Assembly (NCBI GenBank): GCA_963738485.1 | Contig: CAVTWK010000002.1 | Coordinates: 234,869-298,868, forward strand | Length of the DNA: 64,000 nucleotides | Direction: 5' to 3' | Source: an uncultured Acidobacteriota bacterium | Lineage (GTDB): Bacteria; Acidobacteriota; Vicinamibacteria; Vicinamibacterales; SCN-69-37 | In this document: piece after piece, positions 10,151 to 18,718 of the stretch | Layout of the letters: the number at the start of each line of letters is the position of its first letter | Numbering within the stretch: the stretch's first letter is position 1 | Made by a program: the position numbers and the translations under genes | Notes under the pieces: generated by a model | The model's input: the letters and a program-made list of their open reading frames with translations, nothing else | Told to the model about the DNA's origin: nothing | Database searches by the model: none

Positions 10151-10266
10151 CGGTTTCCACGAGCGTGTCGCGTCGCGCAAGCGCGACTTCCGAGCCGTGA
10201 GCGTCTCGGGCCACACGCGAGCGAGCGAGGGGAGCGCGGCGCGAGGCGACACGCTCGTGGAAACCG
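10151..10266. repeat. long hairpin with perfect 21-bp arms (CGGTTTCCACGAGCGTGTCGC / GCGACACGCTCGTGGAAACCG) and a 74-nt structured loop, immediately 3' of the pntB stop
   Basis: Arms at 10151-10171 and 10246-10266 are exact reverse complements. An inner palindrome GTCGCGCAAGCGCGAC lies at 10170-10185. Confidence 0.85.
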
Positions 10267-10268
10267 GT

Positions 10269-11651
10269 CTAGTGCCCGCCCTCGCCGGTGAGTTGTTTGA
10301 CGACGTCGCCGATGACCTGTTTGGCGTCGCCGAAGAGCATGAGGGTGTTGGGGGCGTAGTAGAGGTCGTTGTCGATGCCCGCGAAGCCGGGGTTCATGCT
10401 GCGCTTGATGGCCAGCACCGTATGCGACTTGTCCGCGTCGATGATCGGCATCCCGTAGATCGGGCTCTTCTCGTCGGTGCGCGCCGCAGGATTGACGACG
10501 TCGTTGGCGCCGATGACGAGCGCGACGCTCACCTGGCCCATCTCCGGGTTGATGTCGTCCATCTCGACGAGCCGGTCGTAGGGGATGTCGGCTTCGGCCA
10601 GGAGGACATTCATATGGCCCGGCATGCGGCCCGCCACCGGGTGCACCGCGAACTTCACGTCCACGCCGCGCTTGGTGAGCTGATCGTAGAGATCGCGCAC
10701 GCGGTGCTGGGCCTGGGCGACCGCCATGCCGTAGCCGGGGATGATCACCACGCTGTCGGCGTTGGTGAGCAGTTCGGCCGCATCGGTCGGCGTCGCGCTC
10801 TTCACCGTCCGCTGCTGGCCGGCTTGGGCGACAGCCTGGACCGATCCGAACGCGCCGAAGAGCACGTTGGTGATCGACCGGTTCATCGCCTTGCACATGA
10901 TGATCGACAGCACGAAGCCGGAGGCGCCGTCCAGCGCGCCGGCCGCGATGAGCAGCTTGTTCTCGAGGACGAACCCCATCGCCACGGCCGACAGCCCGGC
11001 AAACGAGTTCAGGAACGAGATCACGGTGGGCATGTCCGCGCCGCCGATGGGCAGGATCAGCAGCACGCCGAAGGTCAGGGCCAGCACGATCAGGATCGGA
11101 AACGCCCAGGACTGGGTCGGGTCGATCGTGAGCCACACGCCGAGCGCGGCCGCCACGCCGAGCAGGAGGAAGCTGACGATGTTCTGGCCCTTGTAGGTCA
11201 GCGGGCGCGTGGGCATCCACTCGGCCAGCTTGGCCGACGCCAGCAGCCCGCCTGTGCAGGTGAGGCCGCCGAGCAGCACTTCGCCCGCGATGATCGCCAT
11301 GCGGAAGGAGGTCAACTCGCCCTCGCCCAGCCAGAGGTAGTACTTCGCCGTCCCGACGAGCGCGGCGGCCAGACCGCCGAAGGCCTGCGAGAGCCCGGTC
11401 CGTTCCGGCACGGCGGTGAGCGGCACCCGCGCGAGGGGGACGCCGAGCAGGATGCCGGCGACGGCGGCCAGGCCGATCCACTTGTAGGTGACGATCTCCG
11501 GATGGAGCAGCGTGCCGCCCACGGCCAGCGCCATCCCGATGACCGCAGCCATGACGGCCCGCCGGGCGGTCTCCGGCTGGCTCATCCAGCGCAGGGCCAG
11601 GATGAAGAGCGCCGCCGAGACCAGGTAGAGCAGTTCGGTCGCCGTGCTCAC
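10269..11651 (-). CDS. pntB: NAD(P) transhydrogenase subunit beta
   Basis: 460-aa polytopic N-terminal region plus the dIII NADP(H)-binding domain (VIIPGYGMAVAQAQH...GANDVVNPAA). Confidence 0.95.
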   Translation of the reverse strand: MSTATELLYLVSAALFILALRWMSQPETARRAVMAAVIGMALAVGGTLLHPEIVTYKWIGLAAVAGILLGVPLARVPLTAVPERTGLSQAFGGLAAALVGTAKYYLWLGEGELTSFRMAIIAGEVLLGGLTCTGGLLASAKLAEWMPTRPLTYKGQNIVSFLLLGVAAALGVWLTIDPTQSWAFPILIVLALTFGVLLILPIGGADMPTVISFLNSFAGLSAVAMGFVLENKLLIAAGALDGASGFVLSIIMCKAMNRSITNVLFGAFGSVQAVAQAGQQRTVKSATPTDAAELLTNADSVVIIPGYGMAVAQAQHRVRDLYDQLTKRGVDVKFAVHPVAGRMPGHMNVLLAEADIPYDRLVEMDDINPEMGQVSVALVIGANDVVNPAARTDEKSPIYGMPIIDADKSHTVLAIKRSMNPGFAGIDNDLYYAPNTLMLFGDAKQVIGDVVKQLTGEGGH

Positions 11652-11944
11652 GACTTCTTGAACTCGCGCCGCTTGAACATGCGCAGCATGCGGTCGGTGA
11701 TCAAGTAGCCGCTGACGAGGTTGGTGGTGGAGGCGAAAACGGCCAGCGACCCGAGGACGATGCTGAAGGTGTCGTGGGCTTCACCGGCGATCAGGATGGC
11801 GCCCACGACTGCGATCGATGAGATCGCGTTGGTCAGGGACATCAGGGGGGTATGCAGCAGCCGCGAGACCCGCCGGATGATGTCCAGGCCGAGAAACGTC
11901 GCCAGCATGAAGACGAACAGCGCGGTGAGCAGGTCCAGCTTCAT
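11648..11944 (-). CDS. pntAB: NAD(P) transhydrogenase subunit alpha, part 2 (membrane part)
   Basis: 98-aa three-helix protein MKLDLLTALFVFMLATFLGLDIIRRV...HTPLMSLTNAISSIAVVGAIL. Overlaps the pntB start by 4 nt. Confidence 0.9.
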   Translation of the reverse strand: MKLDLLTALFVFMLATFLGLDIIRRVSRLLHTPLMSLTNAISSIAVVGAILIAGEAHDTFSIVLGSLAVFASTTNLVSGYLITDRMLRMFKRREFKKS

Positions 11945-12260
11945 TCGGCCGACACTCTATCGCACTTGCGCCACCGGCTCGTCCGGCTTGACAACACGCC
12001 CCGCTCACGTGGTAGAACCAGCACAGTCTCTTCATGCACTGCTGTCCCTGCACCCCCTGTCCCAGCCACGAGCCGGCCACGTGTCGATGCTCGTGTACAG
12101 GTACCGGCCGGTCGCAGGTAGCGCGCCTTTTCATTCAGTTTCCAGTCCCTGAATCGCGCCTCCCTCGACCTGCCGGTGGGTCGTGGCGGGTTCTGGCGGG
12201 CCGTGTGGCTCGCCGCGTCGGGCGACATCCCGTCCGACGCCCTCGACAAGTGGGCGGCGC

Positions 12261-13136
12261 ATGGCACCGGAACTGTATTGGCTCTCTCTCATCACCCTCT
12301 TCGCCGCCGTCGTCAACGGCGCGCTGGGTTATGGCTTTTCCTCGCTCACGGTGCCGCTGGCGCTGCTGTTCCTCACCAACCGGGTTCTCAATCCGGCGCT
12401 GGTGGTGGTCGAGGTGGCGCTCAACGCGTACGTCTTGTGGGTGAACCGGGCCTCGTTGCCCCTCGTCTGGCGGCGCATGCTGCCAGTGGTCATCGGGCTG
12501 GCTCCGGGCGTGGTGGTGGGGACGGTGATTGTCGCCAGCGTCAGTCCCGCATGGCTCAAGCTGGGCACCTTCGCGCTGCTGTTGCCCCTGATCCTCATGC
12601 AGGCGGCCGGATGGCGCCGGCCGATTCGATCGGAGCGGTCGGTCGGTCTGGCGTTCGGCGGGGGACTCGGCGTCCTGTATTCAGTGACGACGATTCCGGG
12701 GCCGCCGCTCGCCATCCTGCTCAACAACCAGGGCCTCGCGAAGCAGGAGTTCCGGGCGGCGCTCGGCTTCATCCGCCTCGCCGAGTCCTCCCTGACCCTC
12801 GTGGCCTACACGTGGGCCGGTCTGCTGACGGCGGACAGCCTGGCCCTGGTGCCCGGCATCCTGCCGAGCATCCTGATCGGCGTGCCCATCGGCGCCTGGC
12901 TCATCCGTCGTCTGGATGCCGAGACGTTCAGGCGCGTGTGCATGAGCTTCGACGCCTGGGTGGTGGCGTTTGGCATCGCCACGCTGCTGCGGCAACTGGC
13001 GCACCTGCCGGGGCGCTACGCGGTGGGGGTCATCGTGGCCGTGGCCGTCATCGATGGCGTGTTGCTCTATCGCTACTTCTCGCGTGGTCTTGGGCGCACG
13101 ATCGCCTGGCCGGCGCCGCGACCATCCGGGGGATGA
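12261..13136 (+). CDS. TauE/SafE family sulfite exporter-like permease (possible sulfate/sulfite transporter of the cys operon)
   Basis: [38 protein letters not shown] with multiple TM helices. ATGA overlap with the cysD start. Confidence 0.85.
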   Translation: MAPELYWLSLITLFAAVVNGALGYGFSSLTVPLALLFLTNRVLNPALVVVEVALNAYVLWVNRASLPLVWRRMLPVVIGLAPGVVVGTVIVASVSPAWLKLGTFALLLPLILMQAAGWRRPIRSERSVGLAFGGGLGVLYSVTTIPGPPLAILLNNQGLAKQEFRAALGFIRLAESSLTLVAYTWAGLLTADSLALVPGILPSILIGVPIGAWLIRRLDAETFRRVCMSFDAWVVAFGIATLLRQLAHLPGRYAVGVIVAVAVIDGVLLYRYFSRGLGRTIAWPAPRPSGG

Positions 13137-14122
13137 CCGTTTCCATGAGCCTGCTGCCATCGTCGATCGACGCGCCGCCCGTACGGCCGCCCGCCGCGCC
13201 CGTCCCGCCCGGGCCGGCGCTGCCCGCGCTCGATCACCTGCGCGCCCTCGAGGCCGAGAGCCTCGCGATCATGCGGGAGGTGGTCGCCGAGTGCGAGCGG
13301 CCGGTGATGCTGTACTCGATCGGCAAGGACTCCTCGGTGCTGCTGCGCCTGGCGCAGAAGGCCTTCCATCCCGGCCCGATTCCGTTCCCGCTGCTCCACG
13401 TGGATACGACCTACAAGTTCCGCGAGATGATCGAGTTCCGCGATCGGCACGTGGCCGAGGTGGGGGCGCGACTCCTCGTGCACACCAATCTCGAGGCGAT
13501 CGACGCCGGGGCGCAGCCCTTCGCGTTGGGCACGCAGCGCTGCTGCGGACTGCTCAAGACGCGCGCCTTGCTCGACGCGCTCTCGGCCGGCCGCTTCGAC
13601 GCGGCGTTTGGCGGCGCCCGGCGCGACGAAGAGCGGTCGCGCGCCAAGGAGCGCGTGTTCTCCCTGCGCGACGACAAAGGCCAGTGGGACCCGAAGCGGC
13701 AGCGACCGGAACTGTGGTCGCTCCTGAACGCGCGGCTGAACCCCGGCGAGAGCCTGCGGGTGTTTCCGCTCTCCAACTGGACCGAGATCGACGTCTGGCA
13801 GTACATCCACGTCGAGCAGATCCCGGTCGTGCCGCTCTATTTCGCCCGCGAGCGCGAGGTGATCGTGCGGGGCGAGTCGCTGCTCTCCGTCGAGCAGCCG
13901 TTCGTGCCGCTGCTCCCGGGCGAGCGCACCGAGCGGGTGATGTGCCGCATGCGGTCGCTCGGCTGCTCGCCGTGCACGGGCGCCGTCCGGTCCACCGCCG
14001 ACACCGTGCCGAAGATCATCGAAGAGCTGATCGCGGTCAGGCAATCCGAACGGCAGCTGCGCGTGATCGACCACGACCAGGACGGCTCGATGGAGATCAA
14101 GAAGCGCGAGGGCTACTTCTGA
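13133..14122 (+). CDS. cysD: sulfate adenylyltransferase subunit 2
   Basis: PAPS-reductase-fold motif [36 protein letters not shown], and C-terminal [10 protein letters not shown]. Confidence 0.95.
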   Translation: MTVSMSLLPSSIDAPPVRPPAAPVPPGPALPALDHLRALEAESLAIMREVVAECERPVMLYSIGKDSSVLLRLAQKAFHPGPIPFPLLHVDTTYKFREMIEFRDRHVAEVGARLLVHTNLEAIDAGAQPFALGTQRCCGLLKTRALLDALSAGRFDAAFGGARRDEERSRAKERVFSLRDDKGQWDPKRQRPELWSLLNARLNPGESLRVFPLSNWTEIDVWQYIHVEQIPVVPLYFAREREVIVRGESLLSVEQPFVPLLPGERTERVMCRMRSLGCSPCTGAVRSTADTVPKIIEELIAVRQSERQLRVIDHDQDGSMEIKKREGYF

Positions 14123-15421
14123 TGGCCTCGCTCCTGCGGATCTGCACGGCGGGCAGCGTGGACGATGGCAAGAGCACGCTCATCGGCAGGCTGCTCTACG
14201 ACTCGCGCGGCGTCTACGAAGACCAGGTGCGATCGGTCGAGCGCGCCTCGCTCCATCGCAACGCGGGGCCGATCGATTTCTCGCTCTTCACCGACGGCTT
14301 GAGGGCGGAGCGCGAGCAGGGCATCACGATCGACGTGGCGTATCGGTACTTCGCCACGAGCCAGCGTAAGTTCATCCTGGCTGACACGCCGGGCCACGAG
14401 CAGTACACGCGCAACATGGCGACGGGCGCGTCCACGGCCGATGTCGCGATCCTGCTGGTGGACGCGCGGCAGGGCATTCTCGACCAGTCACGCCGGCACG
14501 CGCGGATCGCCTCGCTGCTGGGGATCTCGAGCTTCGTGATCGCGGTCAACAAGATGGACCTCGTCGATTTCGACCGCGGCACCTTCGAGGCGATCCGGGA
14601 CGGTTTCGAGCCGCTTCTGCCGGGCGCCGTGCGCCACGCGATTCCGATCAGCGCCCTGCACGGGGACAACGTCACGGTCCGCAGCGACCGGACACCGTGG
14701 TTCGAGGGCGCGAGCCTGCTCGAGCACCTCGAGCGCGTCGAGGTCGTGCGGAACGCGGCCGCCGGGCCGTTCCGGTTCCCGGTCCAGCTCGTCTCACGCC
14801 CCTCGCACGACTTCCGTGGGTACGCGGGCCAGATCGTCTCGGGCCTGGTTCGGGTGGGCGACCCGGTGACGGCCTGGCCGTCGCGGCGGACCACGACGGT
14901 CAAGCGGATCGTGACGTGGGACGGCGACCTCGACCTGGCATTCGCGCCGATGTCGGTGACGCTCGTCCTCGAGGGCGAAACCGACATCAGTCGCGGCGAC
15001 GTGCTTGCCGACGACACGGTCTCGGCCAGCCGTCGGTTCGAGGCCGACGTCGTCTGGATGGACGAGCGCCCGCTCGACCCGGCGCGGCTCTATCGGCTCA
15101 AGCACCCGTCGGGGTTCGTCAACGCGCATGTGGATCGTCCGCTGCAGCTCAACGAGATTGCGCGCGTCTCGATCGAGGCCTCCCGACCGCTGCTGTTCGA
15201 CCGCTACACCGACGTGCGCGGCATGGGGAGCTTCGTGCTGGTCGATCCGGCCACCAACTTCACGGCCGGGGCGGGCATGATCGCCAATCCGCTCACGGAC
15301 CACCTGGCCACGCGCCACCGCGATCTCGGCGGCCCGCCTTGCGAAGGCGGCACGCGCGGCGGCGACCGAGGCCGACGCCGTCGAAGGCGTCCGGCTCACC
15401 CTCGAGGACCTGCTGTCATGA
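14122..15421 (+). CDS. cysN: sulfate adenylyltransferase subunit 1 (GTPase); 3' end needs a +1 frame correction near 15300-15360
   Basis: G-motifs GSVDDGKST, DTPGHEQY and NKMD. The start overlaps the cysD stop (TGATG). As assembled the frame runs on into cysH, but third-position GC indicates the last ~25 codons are in the +1 frame ending at TGA 15419-15421. Confidence 0.85.
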
Positions 15422-16044
15422 CCAATCCTGTCGCTCTCGTGGCCGATGAACTCGCCGCGGCGGCTCGCCCCTGCGTCACGTCGAGCTTCCAGGCCGAGTG
15501 CGTGGTCCTGGTCCACATGCTGCGCGCGCGTCTGCCGCAGGTGCCGGTCCTCTTCCTCGACACAGTGCACCATTTTCCGGAGACCTACGCGTATCGCGAC
15601 GCGCTGGCCGAACAGTGGGGGCTGAACCTCGTGAACCTGCGCGCGGCCGAGCCTCGGCCGGGCGAGTGGCGCGAAAGCACAACGGCCTGCTGTGCGCGGC
15701 ACAAGGTGGGACCGCTCTTCGCCGCGCTCGAGCCGTACGATTATTGGTTCACAGGCCTGCGGCGCGAGCAGTCGCCGTCACGGGCCGGCCTCGAACAGAT
15801 CGAGTCGTTCCGGCTGCCGACCGGCACGGTGGTCCGCAAGGTCAGCCCGCTCGCGCACTGGACCACGAAACAGGTGTGGGACTACGCGCGGGCGCACGAC
15901 ATCCCGCTCCTGCCGCTGTACGCGCAGGGCTACTCGAGCATCGGCTGTGAGCCGTGCACGACCAAGCCCCTCGACCCGGAGAATGCGCGGTCGGGGCGGT
16001 GGGCGGGGACGAAGCTCGAATGCGGCATTCACATCCAGTCGTGA
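15418..16044 (+). CDS. cysH: adenylylsulfate (APS)/PAPS reductase, thioredoxin-dependent, with Fe-S-type cysteine pattern
   Basis: TTACCARHKVGP plus SIGCEPCT (the CC...CxxC pattern typical of APS reductases) and catalytic KLECGIH at the C-terminus. Confidence 0.9.
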   Translation: MTNPVALVADELAAAARPCVTSSFQAECVVLVHMLRARLPQVPVLFLDTVHHFPETYAYRDALAEQWGLNLVNLRAAEPRPGEWRESTTACCARHKVGPLFAALEPYDYWFTGLRREQSPSRAGLEQIESFRLPTGTVVRKVSPLAHWTTKQVWDYARAHDIPLLPLYAQGYSSIGCEPCTTKPLDPENARSGRWAGTKLECGIHIQS

Positions 16045-16054
16045 TCGTGCCCGA

Positions 16055-16256
16055 GGTTCACCGCGGAGCACACGCAGGACACTCACCTCGGAGCACGCTC
16101 ACGGCGGAGAACACGGAAACACTACGCACCACGGAGGGGCGGAGGACAGAGGTTGGGGTAGGGACGCCGCTTCACCGTGGAACCAGCTTCACCCCGAAGT
16201 GAAGACAGGGGAGTGCCGCCGGCGAGAGCCCGCGAGCTCGCACCGCGGAGTCGCGG
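16055..16256 (-). repeat. cluster of inverted-orientation copies of the CTCCGCGGTGAA module (as TTCACCGCGGAG and variants)
   Basis: TTCACCGCGGAGCA at 16057, CACCTCGGAGCAC at 16084, CACGGCGGAGAAC at 16100, CACCACGGAGGGGCGGAGG at 16128, CACCGCGGAGTCGCGG at 16241. Confidence 0.7.
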
Positions 16257-16279
16257 GGGATGTCGCATGTAGTTGCTGT

Positions 16280-16663
16280 GTGACGCGACGACCCATTCAC
16301 TTGGGGATCCTTCTGCTGGCTGGCGGCAACCTCCTGCCTGCGCCTCTTGACGTCGTCGCCATCCTGCTGGCGGGTGTTCTTCTGTTCGCGTCCGGGTGGG
16401 GGAATAGCCGCGGTTGGCAGAGGTGGTGGCCTCTCTGCTGCAGCGCCCTGGCAGTTCTCGCGTTCGCAGCTCTGAGCTTTCAGGACTCCGACCAAGTGCT
16501 CCGTCGGAATGTCTTGGCTGGGCTGTTCGTGCTGTCTCTGATTGCGGGGCTCGCGCCATCTGTCGCTGGTTTGATCGCGGTGTCGGGGAGGGCGAGCGCG
16601 GCGATCGTCGGCGGGCTTGTGGCCATTCGAGATCTCAGGAAGTCGTCCGCCGGGTCGCCGTAG
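16280..16663 (+). CDS. hypothetical small polytopic membrane protein (start uncertain: GTG 16280 or TTG 16301)
   Basis: The C-terminal part of ORF 15692..16663 is strongly hydrophobic (LGILLLAGGNLLPAPLDVVAILLAGVLLFASGW, WWPLCCSALAVLAFAALSF, VLAGLFVLSLIAGLAPSVAGLIAV). It has more T-ending codons than its neighbours and no recognised family. Confidence 0.35.
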   Translation: MTRRPIHLGILLLAGGNLLPAPLDVVAILLAGVLLFASGWGNSRGWQRWWPLCCSALAVLAFAALSFQDSDQVLRRNVLAGLFVLSLIAGLAPSVAGLIAVSGRASAAIVGGLVAIRDLRKSSAGSP

Positions 16664-16700
16664 CCACTTCGGTCCGGGCGCGCGCCTGTCAGCCAGCTCG

Positions 16701-17067
16701 GTCTCTCCGCGGTGACTCGCCGCGTCTCGCTTTTCGCTCCGCCCCTCCTCGGTGAAGTCCTGTCCGTGACCCTCTGCGACGCCGGTATAGGGACCCGTCG
16801 TGGACGTTCTCGTGCTCCGCGCCCCCGCGGTGAACCCCTGTCCGTGACCCCGCTGCAGCGCCAGCCTGGCGAACCGCCCTAGCCGTTCTTGTGCTCCGCT
16901 TCTCCGCGGTGAATCCCAGCCCTGATATGCCTTGGCGTGTCGGTGGCGAATCGTCCGGTCCGCTTGCGTGCTCCGCCCCTCCGCGGTGAATCCATGCCCT
17001 GGCACTTTGGGGTCCCTATGGTGAACCCCGGTCTGTCAGGGGCCTCCGCCCCTCCGCGGTGAATCCC
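16701..17067 (+). repeat. ~77-bp periodic array: 5-6 degenerate copies of GTGCTCCGCCCCTCCGCGGTGAATCC with variable ~45-bp spacers
   Basis: Copies start at about 16703 (partial), 16734, 16812, 16891, 16968 and 17041, giving spacings of 78, 79, 77 and 73 nt. Confidence 0.85.
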
Positions 17068-17235
17068 GGTCCTTGCGCGCCGCGCCGATCTGCGGTGTAA
17101 TAGCGGTGATGTTCGCCCCCGTGTCCTGCGTCTGTTGCGCCTGTTGTCGGCCCAATGTGGGTCTGGGGCTGCTCGTGCAGGGAACGGACAGGATGCGCTG
17201 ATCGGCGCAACCGTTCAACGCGCAAGGTAGAGACC

Positions 17236-17265
17236 AGGCCCGGGATTCCGGGCCTTTTGCTTTTT
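17236..17265 (+). terminator. intrinsic terminator-like hairpin AGGCCCGG-GATT-CCGGGCCT followed by TTTGCTTTTT, 20 nt before the cysM ATG
   Basis: Perfect 8-bp GC stem, 4-nt loop and a T-rich tail, read directly. Confidence 0.6.
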
Positions 17266-17285
17266 CTGGGACATCAGACGACACC

Positions 17286-18717
17286 ATGATCGACACCACG
17301 CTCGGCGACCCTCAGCTGGCCCCACCGGCCGCCCTCATCGGGCGCACGCCGCTCGTGCGTCTGACGGCGTACGAGCGCAAGGAGGGCGTCGAGATCTACG
17401 CCAAGCTCGAGTCGCGCAATCCCGGGGGCTCGGTCAAGGATCGGGCCGCGTGGTCGATGGTTCGGGCCGGCGAGCAGGCCGGGGCACTGGGGCGCGGCAC
17501 GACGCTGCTCGACGCGACCTCGGGCAACACCGGCATCTCGTACGCGATGCTCGGCGCGGCGCGCGGATTCCGTGTGCGGCTTTGTGTGCCGGCCAACGTC
17601 ACGGTGGAGCGCAAGCGCCTCCTGGCCGCCTACGGCGCGGATGTCGTCCTCACCGATCCGATGGACGGCTCCGACGGGGCCATTCGGGAGGTGCGACGGC
17701 TGTACGCGCAGGACCCGCACCGCTACTTCTACCCGGACCAGGTACAGCAACGAGGCGAACTGGCGCGCGCACTACGAGACGACGGCGGTCGAGATCCTCG
17801 AGCAGACCGAGGGCCGCGTGACCGCGTTCGTCGCCGGGCTCGGCACGAGCGGGACGTTCATCGGCACGGGGCGTCGCCTCCGGGCGTGGAGCCGCTCGGT
17901 GCGCCTGGTCTCGGTGCAGCCGTCGTCTCCGCTGCATGGGCTGGAAGGGCTCAAACACATGCCCACGGCGATCGTGCCGGGCATCTACAATCCGACGCTG
18001 GCTGACGAGAACATCGGCGCCGACACCGAGGAGTCGTTGGCGATCGTCCGCCGGCTCGCGCGCGAGCAGGGGCTGCTCGTGGGTCCTTCGAGCGGTGCGG
18101 CGCTCTGGGCGGCGATGCGTCTGGCCGACGACCTGCGCGAGGGCGTGATCGTGGTTATCTTTCCGGACGGCGGAGAACGCTACATGTCAGACGACTTCTG
18201 GACGCGGCCGGCGCCGGGGGCCGAGGCCGACTCGTCGGGCCGAGTGTCCTCGGCGACGCCAGCCGGCGCGCAAGCCGTGCCGGGGAGCGCCTCGCCTCGT
18301 ATGCGCCTGACCTTGGCGAAAGGCCTCGACGTCGCCATTGGGGCCCACGGCGTGCGAGCGTTCCCCGAGGAATGCTGCGGCGCGCTCATCGGCACGGCAG
18401 CCGGTGCGGTCACTGAGGCCTGGCCGCTCGACAACACGACGACGCTCGAGCGCAAGCGGCGGTTTCTCGTGGGACCGGCGGAGTATCGTGCGGCCGAAGG
18501 CCGGGCGGACGCGTCTGGCCAGCAGCTGCTGGGCTTCTATCACTCACATCCCGACCACCCCGCCGTGCCGTCGGCGTTCGATCTGGAACATGCCCTGCCG
18601 AACCTGAGCTACGTTATCGTGTCCGTGCGACAGGGGGCTCCCGCCGAGATGCGGTCGTGGCGCCTGCGCGCGGACCGGTCGGGGTACGACGAAGAAACCA
18701 TCGCAGTTGGAGATTGA
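17286..18717 (+). CDS. cysM: cysteine synthase (CysM-type, PLP-dependent) fused to a JAMM/MPN+ metalloprotease (Mec+-like); one frame break at ~17742
   Basis: ORF 17286.. reads ...ESRNPGGSVKDRAAWSM...TSGNTGISYA...YFYPDQ. ORF 17572.. continues YSNEANWRAHYETTAVEI...GTSGTF...FPDGGERY. An extra G sits at 17741/17742. The C-terminal 140 aa carry FPEECCGALIG and HSHPDHPAVPSAFD, which fit ExnHxHx7Sx2D. Confidence 0.85.
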
Positions 18718-18718
18718 G

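Noticed and set aside
9349-11481. Very long ORFs antisense to or overlapping real genes: 9349..11481, 18614..20050, 27685..30870 (upstream part), 37456..39210, 44167..45621, 51911..53161, 53929..55209, 59500..60969, 2763..3818 (N-terminal extension), 12176..14122 (N-terminal part).
   Set aside because: Their translations are Arg/Ala/Gly/Pro-rich with no family resemblance. They lie opposite or out of frame to genes with clear homology-type motifs. Such open frames are expected in high-GC DNA.
11988-12018. Sigma70-like promoter for the cys operon (TTGACA at 11988-11993 with a possible TAGAAC -10 element).
   Set aside because: The spacing is 19 nt, the -10 hexamer is weak, promoter consensus in this lineage is unknown to me, and the implied 240-nt leader is unsupported. 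Not reported as a feature.
14122-16044. Genuine bifunctional CysN-CysH fusion protein, as implied by ORF 12970..16044.
   Set aside because: The connecting ~45 codons are Arg-rich with poor third-position GC. The +1 frame has coding-like statistics and ends in a TGA overlapping the cysH ATG. A 1-nt assembly indel explains this more simply. It is kept as a finding to verify, not as a feature.
16701-17067. Possible CRISPR array: 5-6 repeats at about 77-bp periodicity, with a ~26-36-bp repeat and ~41-51-bp spacers.
   Set aside because: The repeats are degenerate, with several mismatches per copy. Adjacent units also share sequence beyond the core (for example CTGTCCGTGACCC in two units), so the spacers are not independent. 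The same module occurs singly and in inverted orientation elsewhere, and no cas genes are in the window. It fits a diverged tandem duplication or word array better.
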